From positions 1-24,301 of the forward strand of contig JBFMEZ010000014.1 of NCBI GenBank assembly GCA_040753215.1: a stretch of 24,301 bases of DNA. Direction: 5' to 3'. Below are positions 17,193 through 24,301 of this stretch, piece after piece; the stretch's first letter is position 1, and each line of letters opens with the position of its first letter. Origin of the DNA: Candidatus Micrarchaeota archaeon (GTDB taxonomy: Archaea > Micrarchaeota > Micrarchaeia > Anstonellales > Bilamarchaeaceae). Position numbers and translations under genes: made by a program. The notes below the pieces were generated by a model that saw only the letters and a program-made list of their open reading frames with translations, ran no database searches and had not been told where the DNA came from.

Positions 17193-18074
17193 TCATCCCC
17201 TCAGCATCCCTGCGAGCTGCGTTGCGGCCTTCACGGCGCGCACCGCATACTCCCCGGCCCTTTCCTTCGCGCTTTCCCAGCCAGCCCCGTGGCCTATCAC
17301 GCCCAGCGTTACCGGCTTGCGGAACTCGAGCGAGAGGTCCCCGAGCCTTCTCGCCGTATCCTTCGCAATCACTTCATCATGCGCCGTCTCCCCCTTCACA
17401 ACCGCTCCGAGCGTGACCACGGCATCAATCTCCTTGTCCATGAGAAGCTTCTTCACGACCAGCGGCATGTCGTAGACTCCGGGCACATGCACGACCCTGG
17501 TCTCCGCCCCCTCCCCGCCCGCGGCGCCCAGCGCGCATTCCCGCATCACCCCTGTGATTTCGCTGTTGAATTCTGAAACCACGATGCCGAGGCGCAGGGG
17601 CCTTTTCCCCCGGGGGTCTATCGCCCCCTCGTCCTTCCTCCCCTGCCTCACGCCCATCCCCGCGCGCTGCACGAGCGCCCCGGGGCTTTCCACAAGCAGG
17701 ACCGCGTTGTGCGCGTGCTTCCTCACGCGGTCCCCGCACACATCTAGGAATTCCTTCTCGCTCCACGCCTCGCTCTCGTGCACGAAGACCTCCACTATGT
17801 GCTTCCCGGTGAGGAGCTTCGCCTGCTGAATCCCGAGCGATGCCTCGTGGGCGCACTGGGTGTCTATGGGCGCCCCGCCGACCATCCCTAGGGCGAGGCA
17901 GCTTTCGCACCCGCCGTCCAGCAGCTTTTTGCATTCCACTGCCAGGTCCTTTATGCCCGGGACCGTCCTCCTCTCTATCTCGACGCCCGCATGGTGCTTC
18001 CTGAGCTCGTCAATAGCCATCGCCCCCATGTCCGCACGCGCGAACATAGTGTCGACTATGCCTATCCTCATCAT
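17193..18074 (-). CDS. ribC-ribH: Fused archaeal riboflavin synthase (RibC, aa ~1-154) and 6,7-dimethyl-8-ribityllumazine synthase (RibH, aa ~159-293)
   Basis: N-half: [49 protein letters not shown]-half: [43 protein letters not shown]. One continuous frame. Confidence 0.92.
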   Translation of the reverse strand: MMRIGIVDTMFARADMGAMAIDELRKHHAGVEIERRTVPGIKDLAVECKKLLDGGCESCLALGMVGGAPIDTQCAHEASLGIQQAKLLTGKHIVEVFVHESEAWSEKEFLDVCGDRVRKHAHNAVLLVESPGALVQRAGMGVRQGRKDEGAIDPRGKRPLRLGIVVSEFNSEITGVMRECALGAAGGEGAETRVVHVPGVYDMPLVVKKLLMDKEIDAVVTLGAVVKGETAHDEVIAKDTARRLGDLSLEFRKPVTLGVIGHGAGWESAKERAGEYAVRAVKAATQLAGMLRG

Positions 18075-18700
18075 ACCAGCTCCTTCCCTTCCACGAAAGC
18101 CAGGTTATGCCTCCTTGCGTACGCAATCGCGTCTTTCTTGGGAAGCGCCCTGCCCTTCCCCAGCATTTCGCACAGGGCCACCGCGCCGCCCAGCCCCGCC
18201 CTTTCCGCAAGCTCCAGCGCAAGCTCGGTGTGGCCCCTCCTGTTTTCCAGCCCCCGGCCTATCAGCAGGAATACGTGGCCCGGGGAGCAGAACTCCTCCG
18301 CAAAATCCTCCTTCCGCCCCCGCACCACCTCGTCCAGCCTTTTGAGCGTGAGCGCCCTGTCGTTGTCGGTTATGCCGGTGTATACGTCCCTGTGGTTCAC
18401 CGGCAGTGAAAATGCGGGCCTGTCCCCGTACCCTGTTCTCACGCAGCTCATCCTCTGCAGCCCGTTACCGGCCCCTTCGAGGACGTCCGTGAAGAACGGC
18501 AGCCCGATCTCTTCCGCATCCTTCCCGCCTATCGCGGCGCAGAGGAGGCCGCCCGCGTCCTTCCTGAGCGCCTCCACCTTTTCCGGGCTCGCGAAGCGCG
18601 CGCTGAAAACGAGGTCCGCCTCGCCCTCGCGCCCCTCGCTGTCGTACAGAACGGCCATGCGGCCTTTTTTCAGCCCGCCCAGCGCTTCTTCCACACCCAT
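18071..18700 (-). CDS. ribB: 3,4-dihydroxy-2-butanone 4-phosphate synthase, archaeal type
   Basis: [58 protein letters not shown] overlap with ribC-ribH; TTATAT ~21 nt upstream. Confidence 0.93.
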   Translation of the reverse strand: MGVEEALGGLKKGRMAVLYDSEGREGEADLVFSARFASPEKVEALRKDAGGLLCAAIGGKDAEEIGLPFFTDVLEGAGNGLQRMSCVRTGYGDRPAFSLPVNHRDVYTGITDNDRALTLKRLDEVVRGRKEDFAEEFCSPGHVFLLIGRGLENRRGHTELALELAERAGLGGAVALCEMLGKGRALPKKDAIAYARRHNLAFVEGKELV

Positions 18701-18761
18701 GGGTGAAGACTCCGCATCCGCATATAAGTAGGTTGTTACAAATTTTTTAGTAATCAAGGAG

Positions 18762-19730
18762 TCAATGGCGCCTCAGCTTATCTATCCTGTAATCCTGGTC
18801 AACGGTGCACTCTTCCGGCTCCCTAATCCCCCGCTTCGCAATCAGCTCCCCCGCATAGGCGATCATCGCGCCGTTGTCCCGGTTGTACTCATCAGGCGCG
18901 ACCCCGAACTCCACCCCGTCCTCCCTGCACATGGAGCGGAGCATCCCCTGAAGCCTCCTGTTCTGCGCGACCCCGCCGCATGCAATCACGCCTTTCCTTC
19001 GCGTGAGGAACAGGGCCCTTTCCGTAACCTCGCACAGCATCGCGAATGAGGTCTCAAACAGCGAGAATGCGACATCCCTCTTTTCCCGCTTTTTCGCTTC
19101 CCTGGCCGCCTGAGTGAGCAGGCCCGAGAAGCTCAGGTTCATCCCCTTGACCACATAGGGAAGGGGCACATACTTCCCCCCTTCCGCAAGCTTCGCCAGC
19201 CCGGCCCCGTGCGCGTATTCCATCCCGATTTCCCTGCCAAACGCATCAAAAAGGTTCCCCACGCCCATATCCAGCGTTTCCCCGAGGATGCGGAACCTGC
19301 CCTCCTTCTCAACCAGCAGCTGCGTATTCCCGCCGCTTACATAAAGGATGAGCGGGTTCCGCATGCCCGTCATCCCTTCCGCAATCCTTATGTGCGCAAA
19401 AGGATGGTTCACCCCGACCATTTTTTTACCGTATTTCAGCGCAAGGTATTTCGCGCCCACCAGCCCCACCTTGAGGCATGCCCCGAGCCCGGGCCCTTCC
19501 GAATATGCGATTGCATCCACTTCCTCCATCCGCACCCCGGCCTTTTCCAGGTTCGCGCGCAGCACCTCCGCGAACTTCTCCGCATGGTGGTCGGCCGCCT
19601 TCCTCGGCACTATCCCCTCCCCCTTCGGCTTGTAGGTGTCCCCTATGTTGGAAAGCACCCTGCCCCCGTGCACTATTCCCATGCCGAGCGTGTGCGCGGT
19701 GCTTTCTATCCCGACCATCATGAGAACCAT
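18762..19730 (-). CDS. kae1: tRNA N6-threonylcarbamoyltransferase Kae1 (not fused to Bud32)
   Basis: GIESTAHT, GPGLGACL, VNHPFAH, LYVSGGNTQ, GETLD, LPYVVKGMNLSFSG, GGVAQN, DNGAMIA. Confidence 0.95.
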   Translation of the reverse strand: MVLMMVGIESTAHTLGMGIVHGGRVLSNIGDTYKPKGEGIVPRKAADHHAEKFAEVLRANLEKAGVRMEEVDAIAYSEGPGLGACLKVGLVGAKYLALKYGKKMVGVNHPFAHIRIAEGMTGMRNPLILYVSGGNTQLLVEKEGRFRILGETLDMGVGNLFDAFGREIGMEYAHGAGLAKLAEGGKYVPLPYVVKGMNLSFSGLLTQAAREAKKREKRDVAFSLFETSFAMLCEVTERALFLTRRKGVIACGGVAQNRRLQGMLRSMCREDGVEFGVAPDEYNRDNGAMIAYAGELIAKRGIREPEECTVDQDYRIDKLRRH

Positions 19731-20462
19731 CTAGACGAGCATCTTTATTACGGATATGGAAGCGAGATTGAAGAGCGAGTGGGCGATTATGCACGGGAGC
19801 AGGTCCCCTTTCCTGACGAAATAGAGCGCAAGCACAAGCCCCAGGGCGGTTGCCCCGATTATTTCCGTTATGGAGCCGTAGGCGGTGTGCGTAATCCCGA
19901 AGAACACGGAAGAAAGCGCCGCCCCGAGCAACGGAGTCGTGAATCTCCCGAACAGGGGCACGAGCAGAGCCCTGAAGAACAGCTCTTCGGCAACAGGCAC
20001 AACCGTGAATGCGAACACGAGCAGGTAGAGGGGAAGCTCCTGCACCACCTCAATCGCCCTGCCCCCGTCATCCAGGCCGGCGAGGTTCAGCGCCAGGTTC
20101 AACGCTGCACCTGCCAGCACCATCGCCACGAACAGGAGAATGCCGTCAGCGGCCCTCCTCCACAGCCTCTCCTTCACATCCAGCAGCTTCTCCCGCCCGT
20201 CCCAGAGGAAATAGAGGGAGAAGAAAAGCATTCCCGCCTGCAGGTATATGGTGTTTGAATGCTCAAGCGGGAACGCCAGCACATAAACCAGCGAAATCAG
20301 CAGGAAAGCGAGCGCCTCCCTGTTTCCGAAGAGCCTGAAAATCAATGCGCCGCACGCCAGCGTCCCCGCAGCAACCGCAAAAAGAAAAAGCCCATCCGGA
20401 ATGAAATATATGAAAAAGAACAGGGCCGAAGCGGCAAACAGTGAAAGGAAATAGCCCTTCAT
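19731..20462 (-). CDS. CPBP (CAAX/Abi) family intramembrane glutamic endopeptidase
   Basis: Multiple TM segments; PVAEELFFRA, FGITH, IIAHSLFN motifs. Confidence 0.9.
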   Translation of the reverse strand: MKGYFLSLFAASALFFFIYFIPDGLFLFAVAAGTLACGALIFRLFGNREALAFLLISLVYVLAFPLEHSNTIYLQAGMLFFSLYFLWDGREKLLDVKERLWRRAADGILLFVAMVLAGAALNLALNLAGLDDGGRAIEVVQELPLYLLVFAFTVVPVAEELFFRALLVPLFGRFTTPLLGAALSSVFFGITHTAYGSITEIIGATALGLVLALYFVRKGDLLPCIIAHSLFNLASISVIKMLV

Positions 20463-20618
20463 CTATTTTCTCTCGAAATAGCCGCACTTCCCGCAGGAGA
20501 GCCGGTCCTTGTGCTGCGCAAGCCGCACGCCCGGCCCGCACTTCGGGCAGTGCTTCCCCGGCCTGTACGGCTTTATCGCCTTCTTCTCCTTCTTCGCTGC
20601 CGCCGCCTTCTCCGCCAT
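20463..20618 (-). CDS. rps27ae: 30S ribosomal protein S27ae (eS31)
   Basis: [24 protein letters not shown] zinc ribbon; position between rps24e and kae1. Confidence 0.93.
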   Translation of the reverse strand: MAEKAAAAKKEKKAIKPYRPGKHCPKCGPGVRLAQHKDRLSCGKCGYFERK

Positions 20619-20659
20619 GCCCTCACGCCCCCCTCCTTTTTTCACCGTGAAGCCCGCCC

Positions 20660-20810
20660 TCTGTATCGCTGCGGCGATGTCTGGCAGAACTCTGCAGAAT
20701 TCCGCCACAGCTCGCTTCACTCTGCCCTTGGGTTGCCTCGCTCATGCCCCGGCATTCTGCATCGCTGCGGCGATGTCTGGCGAAGTTCTGCGGAACTTCA
20801 CCATCGCTCG
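20660..20810 (-). repeat. Two direct copies (20660-20714, 20756-20810) of a 55-bp double-hairpin element
   Basis: 44/55 identical; each copy folds on the - strand into an 11-bp stem and a 5-6-bp stem, all with YGCA loops; most differences preserve pairing. Confidence 0.85.
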
Positions 20811-20844
20811 GCGCAAAAATGGGCCCAAAAACCTCACGCATACT

Positions 20845-21174
20845 TCATCCCTCCTTCTTCTTTGGCGCCGCCGCCTTCTTCTCCTTCACCGCGGCCTCCT
20901 TGAACCTGTTCCGCATGAGGGAATAATCCGGCTCAATCCTCATCATGTCTTCCTTCTTCCTGTACACATTCACGCGGGCCATTATCTTCCTCTGGCCGAA
21001 GGAGCTGTCCGTCCTTTTGAGGATGGTGGTGTCCGGGTTGCAGCCCAGGTTCTGTATGATTGCGTCCCGCATCTCGGCCCTTGCCGGCGTCTTCCCGTCC
21101 CATTCCACCGCCATCTCGTATTCCGTCCTGCCGAGCAGAACATTCTCCCTTTTCTTTGCAACAGTGACTTTCAT
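20845..21174 (-). CDS. rps24e: 30S ribosomal protein S24e (eS24)
   Basis: RENVLLGR, TPARAEMR, SSFG, VNVY, IEPDYSLMRN, Lys-rich tail; adjacent to rps27ae. Confidence 0.9.
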   Translation of the reverse strand: MKVTVAKKRENVLLGRTEYEMAVEWDGKTPARAEMRDAIIQNLGCNPDTTILKRTDSSFGQRKIMARVNVYRKKEDMMRIEPDYSLMRNRFKEAAVKEKKAAAPKKKEG

Positions 21175-21272
21175 CTTTTCACTCTCCTTTTTTCTCGCTC
21201 CACTTCGCCAGTTCAGTTCCGCTCTGTTTTCCATCCAGCAAAAAGGAGTCCAAAAACCTCCAATCTATCACT

Positions 21273-21665
21273 TCACCTCACCCTCTGCATCACTTTCCTC
21301 CCCATCGCTTCCATCACTTCAACTTCCTTGCCCGCCTCCACCTGCCCCTGCAGCTCCGGCGGGATTTCCATCTCGAATACCTCATAGGTGGTCTGGTCCA
21401 TGACCTGCGCGGTGTTTCCTGAAACGGACATAACCTGCACGTTCTTCCTCTCTATTATCGGCACCTCCACGTCCGAATCCGCGGTCGTGAGCAGGTTCTT
21501 CTTCTGCCCGTCGAATATACCTATCGCGACTATCCTGAGCTTCGCGGAGCCGTGCTTCCCGGTCTTGGACTTGTCTATGCTCACAATCCTGCACGGTATG
21601 TCGTCTATGAGCAGATACTTCCCTTCGTGCAATTCTTTCGCTGAGGCGAAAACCTTCTCAGTCAT
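21273..21665 (-). CDS. eif5a: Translation factor aIF-5A
   Basis: Hypusine motif SKTGKHGSAK, PCRI, GIFDG, VEVPIIE, AQVMD. Confidence 0.96.
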   Translation of the reverse strand: MTEKVFASAKELHEGKYLLIDDIPCRIVSIDKSKTGKHGSAKLRIVAIGIFDGQKKNLLTTADSDVEVPIIERKNVQVMSVSGNTAQVMDQTTYEVFEMEIPPELQGQVEAGKEVEVMEAMGRKVMQRVR

Positions 21666-21697
21666 GGAAACACCTGAGAGAATTCTGTTAGGTAGAT

Positions 21698-21703
21698 TTA
21701 TAA
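21698..21703. promoter_or_regulatory. TATA element in the divergent aIF5A / tatD spacer
   Basis: Palindromic TTATAA 23 nt from the tatD ATG and 32 nt from the aIF5A ATG; a second TTTTAAAA at 21711-21718. Confidence 0.5.
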
Positions 21704-21726
21704 CGTTAGGTTTTAAAATACGCTTT

Positions 21727-22449
21727 ATGCATTTTGCCCTCGTCGATTCCCACTGCCACCTTGATTCCTTCAAGAAGAAGCAGATGGACGAATTGCCTTC
21801 CGATATATTGCCGGTAACCTCTGGCTATTCCCACAAATCAAACCTGAAAAATGCAGAAATAGCAAAAACTCTCAGAATACCCTTCTGCCTCGGGGTTGCT
21901 CCCCAGACCGCCGTGTTTGAGGGGCTGGCAAAACTGGATGAGTGGGAGGGGTTCATCCGTTCCCAGGCCCCGAATGCAATTGGCGAAATCGGGCTGGATT
22001 ACCACTGGGGAAAGGAGGAGAAGCACTTCTCGGACGAAGCGGCATTGTTCAGAAGGATGCTTGATTTGGCGGATGGCATGGAGCTCCCCATAGTCCTCCA
22101 TACACGCAAGGCAGAAGAAAAAGTCCTTGACTTCCTCCATTCTTACGGATGGAAGAAGCCCTTCATGATGCATTTCTTTTCCGGGGACGCGGAAACCGCG
22201 AGGCGCGCCATAAAAATGGGAGGAATTATCTCTATTCCACCTCTCCACTCAAAAGACAGGAGGAAAACAATAGAGGCAATTCCATTGGAAAAACTCGTTT
22301 CGGAGACAGACGCCCCATATATCACAAGAGGAATAGAGGGGGTGCGGGACGCGGCCCAATACATTTCGGAAGTAAAGAGCATTCCGTTCGAAAAGGCAGC
22401 GGAAGCGACTGCGCGCAATTCAGCAACCTTTTTTAACTTTAGTCTATAA
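21727..22449 (+). CDS. tatD: TatD family metal-dependent nuclease/hydrolase
   Basis: DSHCHLD, AIGEIGLDY, LPIVLHTR, MHFFSG, ETDAPY. Confidence 0.93.
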   Translation: MHFALVDSHCHLDSFKKKQMDELPSDILPVTSGYSHKSNLKNAEIAKTLRIPFCLGVAPQTAVFEGLAKLDEWEGFIRSQAPNAIGEIGLDYHWGKEEKHFSDEAALFRRMLDLADGMELPIVLHTRKAEEKVLDFLHSYGWKKPFMMHFFSGDAETARRAIKMGGIISIPPLHSKDRRKTIEAIPLEKLVSETDAPYITRGIEGVRDAAQYISEVKSIPFEKAAEATARNSATFFNFSL

Positions 22450-22481
22450 TCCCATTCATCATCTTTTTCAGGTGAGCGCTC

Positions 22482-23285
22482 ATGGGACTTTTAGAAGGCA
22501 TTTTTGGAAAAAAACAGCCGCAGATTGCGCTTTTTGTTGACGGGCCGAACATAATCCGCAAGCAGCTGAACATAGACCTCCGCGAGATAAAGAAAAAGGT
22601 TTCCGAGCACGGGAACATACGCATGGCCCGCATCTACCTCGACCAGTTTGCTTCGGATAAACTGATTGAGGCGATGGTCAACCAGGGCTTCGAGCCGCGC
22701 ATCACCACCGGAGATGTGGACGTTACGATGGCGGTTGAGGCCACGGAGCAGATAGTGAACCCCGAAGTGGACATAATCGCGCTGATGACCAGGGACACGG
22801 ATTTCATCCCTGCGCTGAACAAGGCGAAGGAGAGGGGAAAGAAAACCCTCATTGTGGGGATAGAGCCGGGGTTTTCCGTCGCGCTCCGCAACACCGCGGA
22901 CATCCTGATTATGATAAATGCGGAAGAAGTCTCAAGGGAAAGGGGCAGGCCCGAGCGCGGGCCTTATGGAACACAATACGGGCAGAGGCAGGCGGGTTCT
23001 CAGCCTCCGGTTTCCAGTCACAGCGTGAACCAAACCTCCAGAGCAACGGAAGGGCATGAGGAGCGGAGGTTTGGTTCAGTGAAGCCGGGGGAAAGGGGGG
23101 GAATGAGCGGGCAGCTTCACGGTGTGAGTTCCCAGCAGCAGAAGCAGGAGCCGCCACGGCAGCAGCAATCCCAGCAGGCACAACAGAAGCCCGCTTCTCC
23201 GCCCACACAACAAAAGCCGCCGGAGCAAACGCCTCCGGAGCAGGCTCCACAGCAGCAGAAGCCTTCCAATCAGCAGACCCGGTAG
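22482..23285 (+). CDS. NYN domain (LabA/DUF88, TIGR00288-like) protein with Gln/Pro-rich C-terminal tail
   Basis: FVDGPN, GDVDV, TRDTDF, ALRNTAD acidic PIN-like motifs; low-complexity tail of ~120 aa. Confidence 0.9.
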   Translation: MGLLEGIFGKKQPQIALFVDGPNIIRKQLNIDLREIKKKVSEHGNIRMARIYLDQFASDKLIEAMVNQGFEPRITTGDVDVTMAVEATEQIVNPEVDIIALMTRDTDFIPALNKAKERGKKTLIVGIEPGFSVALRNTADILIMINAEEVSRERGRPERGPYGTQYGQRQAGSQPPVSSHSVNQTSRATEGHEERRFGSVKPGERGGMSGQLHGVSSQQQKQEPPRQQQSQQAQQKPASPPTQQKPPEQTPPEQAPQQQKPSNQQTR

Positions 23286-23297
23286 CTAAAAGTGCAT

Positions 23298-24107
23298 CTA
23301 ATACTTCGGGTATTCGCCGGTTATCATTCTGTATGCCCTGTAGAGCACGCCCCTGAGGTGCTTCTTTTCCTCCGTGTCTCTTGTTAGAGGGTTATTCGGG
23401 TCGGGTTCCTTCGCCAGCTCCCTCATTGTACCGACGACCTTCCTCCAGTCGCAGTGTTCCTCTTCATTGTAAGTCACCGATATTTCACCAAGCAGCATCG
23501 CCGCGGTTTCCTGGTCGGCCGGCACCGACTGGTCCTTCAGCCGGCCCAATAGGAAAGGAACCGCCGCCGCGCCGCATTTCACGAGATTCGTATAATCCCT
23601 TACGAAGAAACGATAAGCCGCATCGTCCTCCCGCCTTTCAAATCCAGCGAATTTCCTGTCCTTCAGGGCTATCGCGGCTCTCGCCCTGAATTCCGTCTCC
23701 TCACTCTCATTGAGAAGCACATTCTTGAGGACGGTGCCCACCTTCGGGGAGCCGAGTCCCGCGATTTCCCTGTCCCGCGGATAACCAACGGCCAGAAGGC
23801 ATGCCGCCACATCCTCCGCGGGCATATCGCTTTCCATAATCCAGAGAAGCGTGCCTGCAGCCGATTTCCGGTCCGCCTTGTCCAGAGAAGTGTCATTCAC
23901 TATCTCAAAAAGGGACTTTGAGGCACCCCGCCCGATTGTGTGGAGCTGCTCCTGCTGCATGCGCCTCAGCATGGTTAGCGCAGCCGCCTTTGTGATGCCC
24001 GCCCTCTCCAGCCCGGCCGCCGCGGGTTCAATGGCGATTCCCCTGACCGTCTCGTTCAGCGGCCTTTTTACAGGTGCTGCGGGCACCGGGGAGCTATCCG
24101 TGTGCAT
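23298..24107 (-). CDS. HEAT-repeat-like hypothetical protein
   Basis: DRKSAAGTL, FRARAAIAL, GAAAVPFLLGRLKD and QETAAMLLGEI resemble HEAT/PBS repeats; TTTATAAA 22 nt upstream. Confidence 0.7.
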   Translation of the reverse strand: MHTDSSPVPAAPVKRPLNETVRGIAIEPAAAGLERAGITKAAALTMLRRMQQEQLHTIGRGASKSLFEIVNDTSLDKADRKSAAGTLLWIMESDMPAEDVAACLLAVGYPRDREIAGLGSPKVGTVLKNVLLNESEETEFRARAAIALKDRKFAGFERREDDAAYRFFVRDYTNLVKCGAAAVPFLLGRLKDQSVPADQETAAMLLGEISVTYNEEEHCDWRKVVGTMRELAKEPDPNNPLTRDTEEKKHLRGVLYRAYRMITGEYPKY

Positions 24108-24129
24108 GATATTATTATGCAGGGAATGG

Positions 24130-24137
24130 TTTATAAA
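24130..24137 (-). promoter_or_regulatory. TATA box for the 23298..24107 gene
   Basis: TTTATAAA 22 nt from the ATG at 24107. Confidence 0.55.
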
Positions 24138-24176
24138 TACGTGTTTTTACCTATTTTACCACTTTACTTATTCCTT

Positions 24177-24301
24177 CTATAGTTTTGCGAATTTTTGGTC
24201 GACGCAGATTTCTATTAGCTCCCCAAAACTTATCCCGTAATTTTGCGAAAGTTTTTGGAGTGTTTTTCTAAGTTTGGTTATGGCATCACCTATCGTTTTG
24301 C
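24177..24301 (-). CDS. 3' end of an unidentified gene entering from the right edge (partial)
   Basis: Open frame KTIGDAITKLRKTLQKLSQNYGISFGELIEICVDQKFAKL* with stop at 24177-24179; more AT-rich than the rest of the window. Confidence 0.5.
   Translation of the reverse strand, partial: KTIGDAITKLRKTLQKLSQNYGISFGELIEICVDQKFAKL

Noticed and set aside
15641..18731. Long + strand ORFs opposite the rib operon, and similar shadows opposite ppsA, thiI, aspS, ABCE1 and kae1
   Set aside because: Antisense shadows expected in GC-rich coding DNA; no motifs and atypical composition.
18701..18761. FMN riboswitch upstream of the rib operon
   Set aside because: Only ~60 nt separate kae1 and ribB, and no RFN consensus is visible; a TATA-like box explains the region.
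20619..20720. N-terminal extension of S27ae from GTG at 20720
   Set aside because: Runs through the hairpin repeat and is not ubiquitin-like; the ATG at 20618 has a purine-rich SD-like region and gives a normal-length protein.
20660..20810. Possible CRISPR mini-array, tRNA or C/D box sRNA
   Set aside because: Only two copies, 55 bp long and 80% identical, with no cas genes; no cloverleaf or T-loop; no C/D boxes seen.
21240..21261. Hairpin plus U-tract after aIF5A as a terminator
   Set aside because: Only a 4-bp GGAG/CTCC stem; the T-tracts are compatible with archaeal termination but too weak to call.
20509..21387. 292-aa + strand ORF with repeated CIAAAMSG peptide
   Set aside because: Antisense to rps27ae, rps24e and aIF5A; the repeated peptide simply reflects the DNA repeat with 96-bp spacing.
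24183..24301. Recurring ttttgcga...tttttgg motifs suggesting an origin or repeat array
   Set aside because: Explained by Lys/Gln/Ala codons of a partial minus-strand ORF ending at 24177.

Overview
Gene-dense, moderately GC-rich archaeal chromosomal segment. Archaeal markers include Alba, aIF5A, eS24, eS31/S27ae, ABCE1, Dph2, Kae1, archaeal-type AspRS and TATA-box promoters. The compact layout and several helical orphan genes suggest a DPANN lineage such as Micrarchaeota, but this is inference only. Most genes are housekeeping (translation, tRNA modification, PEP synthase, nucleoside deaminase, TatD, NYN nuclease). The most notable items: (1) a riboflavin operon with a single ORF fusing archaeal pentameric riboflavin synthase (RibC) to lumazine synthase (RibH), alongside archaeal-type RibB and bacterial-type RibA and RibD; (2) a duplicated 55-bp double-hairpin element with compensatory base changes between rps24e and rps27ae; (3) a pore-less voltage-sensor-like membrane protein; (4) a tandem FNR-like oxidoreductase pair in which one copy has degenerate cofactor motifs; (5) dispersed 7-nt tandem repeats. 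No rRNA, tRNA, CRISPR array or transposase was recognised. All calls come from motif recognition by eye, without database searches.
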